The translations under genes were made by a program, and so were the position numbers. From an uncultured Staphylococcaceae bacterium (GTDB lineage: Bacteria; Bacillota_I; Bacilli_A; RFN20; CAG-826): DNA of 64,000 nucleotides. Every line of letters starts with the position of its first letter. The stretch's first letter is position 1. Of this stretch, positions 47,634-57,170 are shown one piece after another. The stretch spans positions 72,983 to 136,982 of the forward strand of contig CAZDEE010000001.1 in assembly GCA_964504595.1 (NCBI GenBank), in the 5' to 3' direction. The notes under the pieces were generated by a model. That model saw nothing but the letters and a program-made list of their open reading frames with translations, searched no databases and had not been told where the DNA came from.

Positions 47634-48737
47634 TTATTTTAAATAGAAGTCATAACATTCCTTAGTTAAGGGATTAAGCATTTTAATCGACTTCATTTCT
47701 AGATACTTTTTATTTTCTAATAAAATTGTTTTAAACCCTTCTTCTATACTCTTATAACATAAAGCTATAAAATCAGATGAATCGTAATCTCTAAGAGGGT
47801 CTATTTTATCGGAGGCATATATAAGTCTTTCTAAAAGGCTCATATTTGCTCTACCAGAGCAATGATAAGCGATTGAAGCAATAATATCGCTGTCACTAAT
47901 ACCAAATTGATGTTTAGCAATACTTGCGCCAATGAATTGATGAAGGACTTTTAAAGGGTAATCTTTATATTGACTCCACTCCTCTACTATATATGAATAA
48001 TTCAAATATATATCTTTACCTACATCATGTAATATTCCGGCGATAAATGCTGATTTTTCATCAATTTTATTAGTTTTAGCGATTCTTCTAGCTAAAAAAG
48101 CCACTGAGGCACTGTGTTGATATCGTTTAGGATCGAGCATTTGAAATATTTTATCGTATTTATAAAGATGATTATTAACGATGTATTCCAATACTTTTTC
48201 ATTAACATCTATTGATTGTAACTCTCTTATACTCGTGCTTGAACATTGATAAATATCTCCATCGATAATAGTAACATGATATTTTAAGACGTTTTCTTTT
48301 CCTATCGAAGATAATTGAGCATCATTATTTCTTTTGTAAACAATGAATGTAACTAATTTAGCTAAATCATCTACTTGATGCCATTTATGAAGACTTTCTA
48401 GTTGATCTTCCCCTATTAAAAAGAAATATTCGCGTTTTTCACCATTTTTTTCATCATTTTTTAATATTTCTTTAATTGTATCTATTGTATAATGACCGCC
48501 ACCAGTTAATCTAAGCTCTATATCACTATAATCGAGTTGAGGTTCGTTTTCTAACGCTAGCTTCAACATCTCTAATCGTTGAATTTCGTTGTTTTTAGCC
48601 TCTTTCCAGCGAGGATTCTTTGAAATGATAAAAACTACTTTATCACCTTTAACACGCTCTAACGCCCTTTTAGCAATAAAAATATGGCCATTATGAATCG
48701 GATCAAATGATCCACCGAATAAAATTATTCTTTCCAT
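47634..48737 (-). CDS. nadD: Fusion protein: nicotinate-nucleotide adenylyltransferase (NadD) plus HD-domain hydrolase YqeK
   Basis: The N-terminus ILFGGSFDPIHNGH carries the HxGH motif of NadD. The C-terminal half has HSASVA...GILHDVGK, the HD motif of YqeK. It is a single 367-aa ORF. Confidence 0.8.
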   Translation of the reverse strand: MERIILFGGSFDPIHNGHIFIAKRALERVKGDKVVFIISKNPRWKEAKNNEIQRLEMLKLALENEPQLDYSDIELRLTGGGHYTIDTIKEILKNDEKNGEKREYFFLIGEDQLESLHKWHQVDDLAKLVTFIVYKRNNDAQLSSIGKENVLKYHVTIIDGDIYQCSSTSIRELQSIDVNEKVLEYIVNNHLYKYDKIFQMLDPKRYQHSASVAFLARRIAKTNKIDEKSAFIAGILHDVGKDIYLNYSYIVEEWSQYKDYPLKVLHQFIGASIAKHQFGISDSDIIASIAYHCSGRANMSLLERLIYASDKIDPLRDYDSSDFIALCYKSIEEGFKTILLENKKYLEMKSIKMLNPLTKECYDFYLK

Positions 48738-49031
48738 TTATTTTACCAAGCGAATTTTTGGGTTTTTACGATTTTTTCGATACAATACAATAATTCGACC
48801 AATCACTTGAACTACTTCCGCATTTAACTTCATAGATAAATTAATAGCTAATTCAGTTAATGGAGTCTCTACTGTTTTATGAACAGTTATTTTTATTAAT
48901 TCACGTGCTTCTAAAGCTTTATCAAACATGTCAAGCGCAGTATCGCTTAATTCATTTTTTCCGATTTGATAAATTGGTTCAATCGTATTAGCAATACTTT
49001 TTAGTTGTTTTTTTTGATTTGTTGATAACAT
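48738..49031 (-). CDS. RNA-binding CRM-domain protein YhbY/YqeI
   Basis: A 97-aa protein. KKQLKSIANTIEPIYQIGKNEL matches the YhbY signature. Confidence 0.7.
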   Translation of the reverse strand: MLSTNQKKQLKSIANTIEPIYQIGKNELSDTALDMFDKALEARELIKITVHKTVETPLTELAINLSMKLNAEVVQVIGRIIVLYRKNRKNPKIRLVK

Positions 49032-49049
49032 TAATACTTCTCCCCTTTT

Positions 49050-50177
49050 CTATTTAACTTTTTTAATAGATATTTCTACACCTTTTGGTACTAAAATAGA
49101 AATTTTAATATCACTTGATTTAAAATGAATCCATCCTAATCCAGAAATACCAATTTCATATCCACCACTTACAAGATCATATTCTTTTTGTTCAAAATCT
49201 TCTTCATTAATAAGGAACTCACTTAAAGGTTTAATTGCTCTATTCTTTATTAATGAATAAAATGTCGTATTTGCTCTTTCAAGTTTAGTTCGTTGAATTT
49301 GAACATTATTGGAGGTATAAATTGTAAAATTTGTACGTTTTCCTTTAATAAAATCAAATCTAGCCATTCCACCAAATAAAAGTGATTGTTGATCATTTAT
49401 TTGATAAACACGCGATTTCATTTCTTTTTGAGGTGTTAGTTCTATAACTACTTTTCTCTCCACTTTCGAAATAAGAGATGATTCTAAAGGTAATCCTGGG
49501 GTATCATAAATATATGATTTATAATCTAAAGGTACTTCTATAACATCAATTGTAGTTCCAGGATATGGTGAAGTTGTAATCATTTTTGATGTCTCATTTG
49601 CGTAATTTTTTAATAATGTGTTAATCAAAGATGATTTGCCAACAGAAACCGCACCTACAAAATAAACGTTTCTACCTTTACGATATTCTTCCATTTGTCT
49701 TAGTAATTCATCTATATGATAATTTTTGGAGGCACTTGTTAAAATAACACCGACAACTTTTAACCCTTTTTCAGATGCTAAACGGCGAATATTTCGTTCT
49801 AACCTTTCATCTTTTAATGATTTTGGTAAAATATCACGTTTATTTGCGACAATAATAATATCTAATCCTTTAATTGCCTCATTAATTTCATCGATAAACG
49901 AAAATGAATATGTGAAGAAATCGATAACGTAAACAATTAAAGACTTTGTTCTTTTCGCACGATGAAGAATTTTTGTATAATCTCCTTTAACGTTAACTGT
50001 CTCATTTTCTTCATGATAATGTTGTAACCTAAAACAACGTCGACATAGTGAAGTATCTCTTCTTTTATAAACTTCTTCTGGAACATATCCGCTTTCATCA
50101 GGATTGTTGCATTGTAGTTCTACTCCACATCCAAAGCAATATTGTTTTTCTTCAATACTCATTTTATTACCTCCCAA
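49050..50177 (-). CDS. yqeH: Circularly permuted ribosome-assembly GTPase YqeH
   Basis: An N-terminal Cys4 zinc finger (CFGCG...CRRC) is present. The permuted G motifs are IVANKRD followed by GAVSVGKSS. Confidence 0.8.
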   Translation of the reverse strand: MGGNKMSIEEKQYCFGCGVELQCNNPDESGYVPEEVYKRRDTSLCRRCFRLQHYHEENETVNVKGDYTKILHRAKRTKSLIVYVIDFFTYSFSFIDEINEAIKGLDIIIVANKRDILPKSLKDERLERNIRRLASEKGLKVVGVILTSASKNYHIDELLRQMEEYRKGRNVYFVGAVSVGKSSLINTLLKNYANETSKMITTSPYPGTTIDVIEVPLDYKSYIYDTPGLPLESSLISKVERKVVIELTPQKEMKSRVYQINDQQSLLFGGMARFDFIKGKRTNFTIYTSNNVQIQRTKLERANTTFYSLIKNRAIKPLSEFLINEEDFEQKEYDLVSGGYEIGISGLGWIHFKSSDIKISILVPKGVEISIKKVK

Positions 50178-50683
50178 CTTAAAAGTTTGCCACTTCTTTT
50201 TAAATATTTTCTTAATGGACGATCTATTAAACGATTAAAACGTGTTGTCCATTGATCTTCTTTAACGATTGGTTCGGTTAAAATTGTCGTTATTTTGATT
50301 CTATTTCCACACGCCATATCTGTTAATAGCTGATCACCTATTAATACACATTTAGATGGCTCAATGTTGTTAGTTTTTAAATATTTTTTTAATTTATGAA
50401 TAAATGGCTTTCTTGTACTTGAACAATATCTAACCTCGAGCTCATCAGCATAGCTTTTAACCCTTTTGCCTTTATTATTTGAAATAATAATTATTTCAAT
50501 ACCATTTTCTTCAAGTTCTTCCTTCCATTTACACACTCTTAAAGAAGGCTTAAATAATCGATATGAATCTAATGTATTATCTAAATCACACAAAATATAT
50601 TTAATTCCCATTAATTTATAAAAATTCATTGATATTTCAAAAATATTATTCGCATGATATTTTGGAATAAATAATTGTTTCAT
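50159..50683 (-). CDS. yqeG: HAD-IIIA phosphatase YqeG
   Basis: The HAD motif I CDLDNT is present. It lies upstream of yqeH, as in B. subtilis. Confidence 0.75.
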   Translation of the reverse strand: MKQLFIPKYHANNIFEISMNFYKLMGIKYILCDLDNTLDSYRLFKPSLRVCKWKEELEENGIEIIIISNNKGKRVKSYADELEVRYCSSTRKPFIHKLKKYLKTNNIEPSKCVLIGDQLLTDMACGNRIKITTILTEPIVKEDQWTTRFNRLIDRPLRKYLKRSGKLLSWEVIK

Positions 50684-50760
50684 ATGTCATTCTCCCTTCT
50701 GCCTAAGATATTTTACTTTATTTTGACTACTTTTTAAATATAAATATTTAATTATTTAAA

Positions 50761-50791
50761 TCATATTCATTTCCTCATCTTCATAAATCTA
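50761..50791 (+). promoter_or_regulatory. Candidate sigmaE/sigmaK-type promoter of sigK
   Basis: TCATATT (50761-50767). A 14-nt spacer follows. CATAAATCTA (50782-50791), compared with the sigmaE -10 CATACAhT and the sigmaK -10 CATAnnnTA. Confidence 0.35.
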
Positions 50792-50793
50792 TA

Positions 50794-51504
50794 TTGGGTG
50801 AACTAAAATTGAATTTTTTAATCGAATTATTCTTTAATATTAAATATTTTGTTGGTTTTATAAAAAATAATGCTTTTCCTTTGAAGTTAAGCGAGGAAGA
50901 AGAACAAAAACTTCTCGTTAAATTATTTGATGAAAACGAACATGAAGAAGCAAGAAGAAAACTAATTGAACACAATCTTCGCTTAGTCGCACATATTGCT
51001 AAAAAATATGAATCTTATGATGAGCTAAACGAGGATCTAATATCCATTGGTACATTAGGACTCATTAAAGCAATTGACTCCTACTCGCTTTCAAAAGAGG
51101 TAAAATTAGCGACATACGCCGCAAAATGCATCGAAAATGAAATTCTTATGGCGTTACGATCATCCGCAAAATACGCTAAAAATATCTCTCTTTATGACTC
51201 GATTGGAACCGATAAGGATGGAAGCGAAATAAGTTTAATTGATGTCATTCCTTCCTTCGAGGAAGAATACTCTTCAACTTTAGAAAAAAATCAAAAAATA
51301 AATGATTTATTGAGTTATTTACAAGTTTTAGATGAACGAGAACTAGAAATTATTAGTTTAAGATATGGACTTAATAATGAAAAAGAACATACACAACGTG
51401 AAATTGCTAAAATGCATAAAATATCACGTTCATATGTCTCTAGAATCGAAAAAAGAGCCTTAACAAAATTATTACAAGAATTCAAAAAAAGACAAAAAGC
51501 ATAA
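50794..51504 (+). CDS. sigK: RNA polymerase sporulation sigma factor SigK (pro-sigma-K), uninterrupted
   Basis: FIKNNAFPLKLS matches the SigK YVKNNAFPQPLS. The region 2.4 reads LIEHNLRLVAHIAKK. Region 4 is TQREIAKMHKISRSYVSRIEKRAL. The start is ambiguous: TTG at 50794 or TTG at 50809. Confidence 0.8.
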   Translation: MGELKLNFLIELFFNIKYFVGFIKNNAFPLKLSEEEEQKLLVKLFDENEHEEARRKLIEHNLRLVAHIAKKYESYDELNEDLISIGTLGLIKAIDSYSLSKEVKLATYAAKCIENEILMALRSSAKYAKNISLYDSIGTDKDGSEISLIDVIPSFEEEYSSTLEKNQKINDLLSYLQVLDERELEIISLRYGLNNEKEHTQREIAKMHKISRSYVSRIEKRALTKLLQEFKKRQKA

Positions 51505-51538
51505 AATATTTGCTATAATAATTACGAGGTGAATTTTT

Positions 51539-51991
51539 ATGGAAAACAATGTCACACCAAACACTGGAGAAAATACTGAAAATGATACTCATTGCTGCAA
51601 ATACTGTGGAAATCCTTTAAATGATAATTACCGAGTTTGTCTCCATTGTGGCGCTCCAAACGAGAGCTTATATGTAACAACTAGTAATGAAAGTTATTCA
51701 TCATCTACAAATGATAATAATCATTTTAGCCCTGCTCTTATCATTGGTTTAATTCTATCTATATTTAATCCTTATCTATCGCTTATTATCGGAATCTATT
51801 CTTTAACTTCTTATCTTAAAGTAAAAAAAGAAGATCGTTCTAAACAATGGAAAAGTGATTTTATATTGGCAATTATATTAATCGCTATGTCCTTGATAAT
51901 GGCAATCTATGTCTTAATTGTCGCTCAAAATGAAATTGTTGAACCTGGTGAAGAAGAAGTCGCTATATTAAATCGTCTTATTTGTAAATAA
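51539..51991 (+). CDS. Zinc-ribbon (CxxC...CxxC) membrane protein, unknown function
   Basis: The N-terminus CCKYCGNPLNDNYRVCLHCG is followed by two TM helices. A GAGGTGA RBS is present. It lies 35 nt after sigK. Confidence 0.45.
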   Translation: MENNVTPNTGENTENDTHCCKYCGNPLNDNYRVCLHCGAPNESLYVTTSNESYSSSTNDNNHFSPALIIGLILSIFNPYLSLIIGIYSLTSYLKVKKEDRSKQWKSDFILAIILIAMSLIMAIYVLIVAQNEIVEPGEEEVAILNRLICK

Positions 51992-52016
51992 TATAAATTG
52001 ATTTTTAATTAAAATT

Positions 52017-52038
52017 GAGGGATTCCCCTCTTTTTTTA
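52017..52038 (+). terminator. Terminator after the Zn-ribbon gene
   Basis: GAGGGattCCCCTC followed by TTTTTTT. Confidence 0.45.
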
Positions 52039-52163
52039 TATAAAAAAACTACTTAAATTAAGTAGTCTTATAATTTCTAAAATTAATTATTACTCATACC
52101 ATAGGAACACAAATAATATTAATGAGTTTAATTGTATTTTTTTCTAAATTTCGGCTAAAAAAG

Positions 52164-53372
52164 TTAATTTTTAAATTCTTTAATGCAGATATCATTTCTC
52201 CAAATGCCAATTTTTATCTCTCCTGAAGCATAATAAAATACTCCTTGTCCACAAAAATAATCGTCTTCAAACTCACCCTCATAACGGCTTCCATCGCTAA
52301 AACGATAAATGCCTTTACCACACCGATAATTAGATTCCCAATTACCTTCATAACAATCACCATTTGCAAAAAAATATTTTCCATATCCACAACGTTTATT
52401 ACTTTTAAACTCACCTTCATAACGTTCGCCATCAATATAATAAAATATTCCTTTACCATCTATTTTATTATTTTTAAATTCGCCTTCATACTTTTCTCCA
52501 TTTGCAAAAAAGTAAATTCCATATCCGGATTTTTCATTATCTATCCATTCACCTTCATAACGGCAGCCAGAGTCTACATAGTAAAAGACACCTTTTCCAT
52601 TTCGTCTATTATTTTCCCATTTACCAACATAATAATTGCCATTTTCATAATAATAACTGCCTTCACCATGAAAAAGATCATTTTCGAAATTTCCTTCATA
52701 ACGGCTAGAATTAGATGTTTTTAATATTCCTTGACCATTACGATGCCCATTTTCCCAATTACCTTCATATATTTGACCTTTTTTATAATAATATCTACCG
52801 AATCCTGATTGTTCATCATTTTCAAAGTTTCCTATATAAATATCGCCGTTTTCATAGCAATATTTTCCAAACCCTGATTTTCTTCCTGCTTTCCAAAAAC
52901 CTTTATATAATGCTCCATTTGCGTAATAATAAGCACCTTTTCCATTATATTTGCCGTCTATGAATTCACCTTCATAACGATCTCCATTATATAAATATAA
53001 AATTCCATTCCCAGATTTTAGGCCATTTTTCATATTTCCAACATATTTATTACCACTTTTATAGAAGAAAGTTCCTTTTCCTGAGATTTCATCATTATTA
53101 AATTCACCTTCATAACGACTCCCATCAGCGTAATATAATGTTCCTAAACCATTTCTAAGGTCTTGTTTCCAAGATCCTATATACTTATTACCATTATGAT
53201 AATAAAAAATTCCTTCACCTTCAAAATAATTATTTACGAAATCACCTTCATAATAGTCACCAGTTTTAAAAACATACTTTCCTTTTCCATGCATTTGACC
53301 TTGACTATTAATTTCTCCATAATAAGTTGAACCATCCATTAATTCAATTTTTTTCATTTTTAAATCATCCAT
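52164..53372 (-). CDS. MORN-repeat protein (~17 repeats), soluble
   Basis: Tandem repeats of Y.G.W..g...G.G....nG..YeG.f run throughout. It ends GIWRNDICIKEFKN. Confidence 0.7.
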   Translation of the reverse strand: MDDLKMKKIELMDGSTYYGEINSQGQMHGKGKYVFKTGDYYEGDFVNNYFEGEGIFYYHNGNKYIGSWKQDLRNGLGTLYYADGSRYEGEFNNDEISGKGTFFYKSGNKYVGNMKNGLKSGNGILYLYNGDRYEGEFIDGKYNGKGAYYYANGALYKGFWKAGRKSGFGKYCYENGDIYIGNFENDEQSGFGRYYYKKGQIYEGNWENGHRNGQGILKTSNSSRYEGNFENDLFHGEGSYYYENGNYYVGKWENNRRNGKGVFYYVDSGCRYEGEWIDNEKSGYGIYFFANGEKYEGEFKNNKIDGKGIFYYIDGERYEGEFKSNKRCGYGKYFFANGDCYEGNWESNYRCGKGIYRFSDGSRYEGEFEDDYFCGQGVFYYASGEIKIGIWRNDICIKEFKN

Positions 53373-53487
53373 AGAATAATCTCCTAAAGTACTTTTCCTA
53401 GCTAGTTTAATTATAGTATAAATTATTAACGAAGAAATAATAAAAAAACCATAAGTTTCCTAATTAAAGAAAACTCATGGATTATGA

Positions 53488-54402
53488 TTAATAAATTTTA
53501 GTTTTAATAAAGCGACCTTCGCTAGTATAGAAACCTTTTGTATTTCCACTTGAAGAAGAATTTCCTGAAGTTCCTCCATTACCGGAATTACCACTTCCAC
53601 CATTTCCATCTTCTTTTATGCATTGGTCATTTTCCCAAATACCTGATTTTTTACTTCCATTTGCATAAAAATAAGTTCCACGGCCACAGAATTTACTATT
53701 TTTGAATTCACCTTCATAGCGGTCGCCATTTTTAAAATAATAAACACCTTTTCCATTGCGGCTACCATCAACCCAATCGCCTTCATAATGATCACCATTA
53801 CTATAGAAATACTTTCCAAAGCCATTTTTTCTATCTTTTGACCAGTTACCTTCATAACGATCTCCACTTGTATACCAATAAGTACCTTCACCTTCAAAAT
53901 TATTATCTAAGAAATAACCTTCATAACGGTCACCACTTTTAAAATAGAAAGTACCGATACCAGTTCTATTATCTTTAATCCAATCACCTTCATAACGATT
54001 TCCTGAACTAGCATAGAAATAAACGCCTCTACCCGATCTCTTATTAGCAACCCAATCGCCATCATATTTATCACCATTATTATAGTGATAAACGCCTTTT
54101 CCAGATAATTCACCTGCGAGAAAATTTCCTTCATATTTATCGCCATCATTAAATTCGAAAACACCATAACCGGTTCTCTTATCATGCTCCCAAGAACCTA
54201 TATATTTGTTTCCTGATGCATAAAAATAAGTTCCTTGTCCATGGAAATCGCCTTCATAAAAATCACCTTCATAACGATCTCCACTTGCAAAAACGTATTT
54301 TCCTTTACCATGCATTTTTCCTGAACTATTTACTTCACCTTCATAATAAGACCCATCATTAAAATCAATTCTTTTTTTTCTATTAAAATTAAATAAGCCC
54401 AT
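53488..54402 (-). CDS. MORN-repeat protein paralog with a Gly/Ser/Asn-rich C-terminal tail
   Basis: The same repeat architecture, with the tail GNGGSGNSGNGGTSGNSSSSGN. I placed the start at M29 of the ORF-track protein because of a GGGAGA RBS 7 nt upstream. The longer 54486 start would add a hydrophobic leader. Confidence 0.6.
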   Translation of the reverse strand: MGLFNFNRKKRIDFNDGSYYEGEVNSSGKMHGKGKYVFASGDRYEGDFYEGDFHGQGTYFYASGNKYIGSWEHDKRTGYGVFEFNDGDKYEGNFLAGELSGKGVYHYNNGDKYDGDWVANKRSGRGVYFYASSGNRYEGDWIKDNRTGIGTFYFKSGDRYEGYFLDNNFEGEGTYWYTSGDRYEGNWSKDRKNGFGKYFYSNGDHYEGDWVDGSRNGKGVYYFKNGDRYEGEFKNSKFCGRGTYFYANGSKKSGIWENDQCIKEDGNGGSGNSGNGGTSGNSSSSGNTKGFYTSEGRFIKTKIY

Positions 54403-54593
54403 AATAAAATCTCCCATAAAATGTCTTGTAAGAAAATAATACCATATAATTATAAAAAAATGAACAAATTTTGTGATTTTGTCCATTTTTTCTAAAATAC
54501 TATAATTTAATTTATCAAAACATGTATATATCTTTTTTTAAATACTAATAAACTACTAATTTTATACTAAATTACAACTTTTATTAATTTTTA

Positions 54594-57170
54594 TTAGTCT
54601 CCCATGTCATCGAAAATTGAAATTTGCTCATATCCTGGAACATCTTTATTTGTGTCTTTAACCTCAGCGACTGCTTTTAAAGGAGGTTCTTCGACTTCAA
54701 AATTTTCTCCAACATAAAGGGCTTCATAATTATATACCCCAATAATTTCATGTCCTCCATCTAAACCAATAGATTCTTTCATTCGTTTATCAGATGGAAC
54801 AGGTCTAAAATCATTGACCGGAATTTCAAGAACTGTTTTATCATCTAAAACCGCAAATATGGTAAATGGTTCAGGTGATTTAACAACTCTTTTTACATAA
54901 ATAAGGTTATGTGGATTAGAAACAAAGCATTTAAAAACAGATTGAATTCTTCCTAACCTATTCGTTACATTTAACGAATTATAGTCAAACGCTCTTAAAG
55001 CTCCCTCTTTAGTTAATAAAACTAATTTTGTTAATTTATTCGCACTATTATAGGCAAATAAATGAGACATATGCATGTTCTTAGTTGAAGAAACAGCTTT
55101 TACTCCTGAAGCTTTAACACCTAACGGAGTAATATCATTTTCATTAAATAATGAAGCATTACCTTCTCTTGTTAAAACAAGTAAATCACTATTTCCGTTT
55201 GTTACAGCAACATCGACAAGTCGATCATCTTTCAACAATCTCATACATGAAACTGGCTTGCTATATCTTTGTAAAACAAAATCTTTTAATAAACTTCGCT
55301 TTATTTGACCATTTTGAGATAAAGTTACTACATATACTCCATCTTTAAATGAAGAGACTACTAAAGCTTTGATAATTTTTTCATCTCCGCCGATAGAAAC
55401 ATTTAAATTAACATGTTTTCCTTCATCTTTCCATTTTGTATCACTTATTTCATGAACTGGAATAAAGGCATAATTACCAAAATCAGTAAATAAAAGTAAA
55501 TAATCGGTTGTTAATGCCTTAGTAATAGCAACAAGAATATCACCAGTTTTTAATCCCGGCATTGCTCCATCACTTGCTTTATGTGATTTTAGTGAGGAAC
55601 GTTTAATATATCCATCGCGAGTTACCGCAATCATAACTTCTTCTTTGGCAATTAAATCCCGTTTATCAATTGTTACTGGCTCTTCTTTATCTTCGATAAC
55701 TGTTTTTCTAGGTGTGCCATAACGACGAGAAATTTCTTTTAAATCGCGAATAATAACTCGATCTAACTTCTTTTCTTCATTGATAATTTCTTCAAGTTCT
55801 TTAATATCATTTTCTAAAGTTTCTTTTTCTTTTACAAATATAGAAATATCCGTATTTGATAACTTATATAATTGCATCGTTACAATCGCTTCAGTTTGAG
55901 GTTCACTAAAACCATATGATTCTTGCAATTTCTTTTTAGCATCAGCCTTATCTTGGCTTTTGCGGATTAATTTAACAATTTCATCAACAATTGAAATAGC
56001 TTTAATTAAACCATCAACAATATGAAGACGGGATTGGAATTTTTCTAAATCAAATTTACTTCTTCTTAATATGACTTCTTTTTGATGATTAACATAGGCA
56101 TCAAGATAGGAAATCAAGCTTAATGTACGTGGTCGATTATCAACAATTGCAACCATATTCGCGGTATAACTTGTTAATAAATCAGTCTTGTTCATCAAAT
56201 AAGTTAATATGAGCTTTGCATTTGCTTCTTTTCTTAAATCGATAGCAATTCTTAGTCCTTCTCTATCGGATTCATCACGAACTTCAACTATACCATCAAT
56301 TACCTTGTTATAACGAATCAAGTCTATTTGATGCACTATTTGTTGCTTAATTTTGCCATATGGAATTTCCGTAACAATAATTTGTGGATATCCATTTTCT
56401 TCAGTTATATAAGCTTTGGAAGCAACTTCAATTTTACCTTTACCGGTTTCATATATTGCTCTTAATCCTTCTGATTTATATATAATGCCTCCAGTTGGAA
56501 AATCTGGGCCATTAAAAACAGTTAATAAATCATCTAAAGAACAATTTGGATGTTGAATTCGATATATGGTTGCATCAATTACTTCAGTTAAGTTATGTGG
56601 TGGAATATCCGTAGCAACCGCAACTGCGATACCTTCTGTTCCATTTACTAACAAGTTTGGAAATCTTGCTGGTAAAACAACCGGTTCAAGTTGAGTATCA
56701 TCGAATGTCAATTGCATGTCAACTGTGTTTTTATCTAAATCACGAATCAATTCATCACTTATTTCACTTAATCGAGCTTCAGTATAACGGTAAGCCGCAG
56801 GTGAATCACCATCAATAGAACCATTATTACCTTGGAAATCCACTAAAGGAACTCTAACTTTCCAATCTTGAGACATTCTTGCTAATGCATTATAAATAGA
56901 GCTATCACCATGAGGGTGAAATTTACCCATAACCGCACCAACTGTATGAGCGCATTTTCTAGTTGGTCTTGAAGAAGTGTTTTTATCCAAATACATTGCA
57001 TAAATAATTCTTCTTTGAACTGGTTTTAAACCATCCCTAACATCAGGAATCGCACGATCTTGAATAACATATTTTGCATATATAGAAAAACGATCACCCA
57101 TTATTTCTTCTAATGGTTCTTCGTTTATCTTTTCGACAATTTCTACTGGAGTTATTTTTTTCTTTGCCAT
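54594..57170 (-). CDS. parC: DNA topoisomerase IV subunit A (ParC; type IIA topoisomerase A subunit)
   Basis: The motif DGLKPVQRRIIY and the catalytic Tyr region are present. No GyrA-box QRRGGKG is seen. It lies downstream of the B-subunit gene with a 1-nt overlap, next to plsY, as in B. subtilis parEC. Confidence 0.65.
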   Translation of the reverse strand: MAKKKITPVEIVEKINEEPLEEIMGDRFSIYAKYVIQDRAIPDVRDGLKPVQRRIIYAMYLDKNTSSRPTRKCAHTVGAVMGKFHPHGDSSIYNALARMSQDWKVRVPLVDFQGNNGSIDGDSPAAYRYTEARLSEISDELIRDLDKNTVDMQLTFDDTQLEPVVLPARFPNLLVNGTEGIAVAVATDIPPHNLTEVIDATIYRIQHPNCSLDDLLTVFNGPDFPTGGIIYKSEGLRAIYETGKGKIEVASKAYITEENGYPQIIVTEIPYGKIKQQIVHQIDLIRYNKVIDGIVEVRDESDREGLRIAIDLRKEANAKLILTYLMNKTDLLTSYTANMVAIVDNRPRTLSLISYLDAYVNHQKEVILRRSKFDLEKFQSRLHIVDGLIKAISIVDEIVKLIRKSQDKADAKKKLQESYGFSEPQTEAIVTMQLYKLSNTDISIFVKEKETLENDIKELEEIINEEKKLDRVIIRDLKEISRRYGTPRKTVIEDKEEPVTIDKRDLIAKEEVMIAVTRDGYIKRSSLKSHKASDGAMPGLKTGDILVAITKALTTDYLLLFTDFGNYAFIPVHEISDTKWKDEGKHVNLNVSIGGDEKIIKALVVSSFKDGVYVVTLSQNGQIKRSLLKDFVLQRYSKPVSCMRLLKDDRLVDVAVTNGNSDLLVLTREGNASLFNENDITPLGVKASGVKAVSSTKNMHMSHLFAYNSANKLTKLVLLTKEGALRAFDYNSLNVTNRLGRIQSVFKCFVSNPHNLIYVKRVVKSPEPFTIFAVLDDKTVLEIPVNDFRPVPSDKRMKESIGLDGGHEIIGVYNYEALYVGENFEVEEPPLKAVAEVKDTNKDVPGYEQISIFDDMGD

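Noticed and set aside
52245-52963. Several plus-strand ORFs (52245-52724, 52502-52708, 52715-52963) and minus-strand alternative-frame ORFs (52214-52459, 53616-53897, 53907-54185) inside the MORN genes
   Set aside because: They lie inside the two MORN-repeat coding regions, in other frames or on the opposite strand. They give low-complexity, Phe/Ile-rich translations typical of repeat-driven shadow ORFs. The MORN frames have RBSs and coherent repeat periodicity.
54403-54486. Hydrophobic N-terminal extension of the second MORN protein (MDKITKFVHFFIIIWYYFLTRHFMGDFI)
   Set aside because: There is no RBS before the 54486 ATG, while a GGGAGA RBS precedes the internal ATG giving MGLFNF..., and the paralog also starts without a TM segment. 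It is kept as a possibility, because a membrane anchor cannot be excluded.
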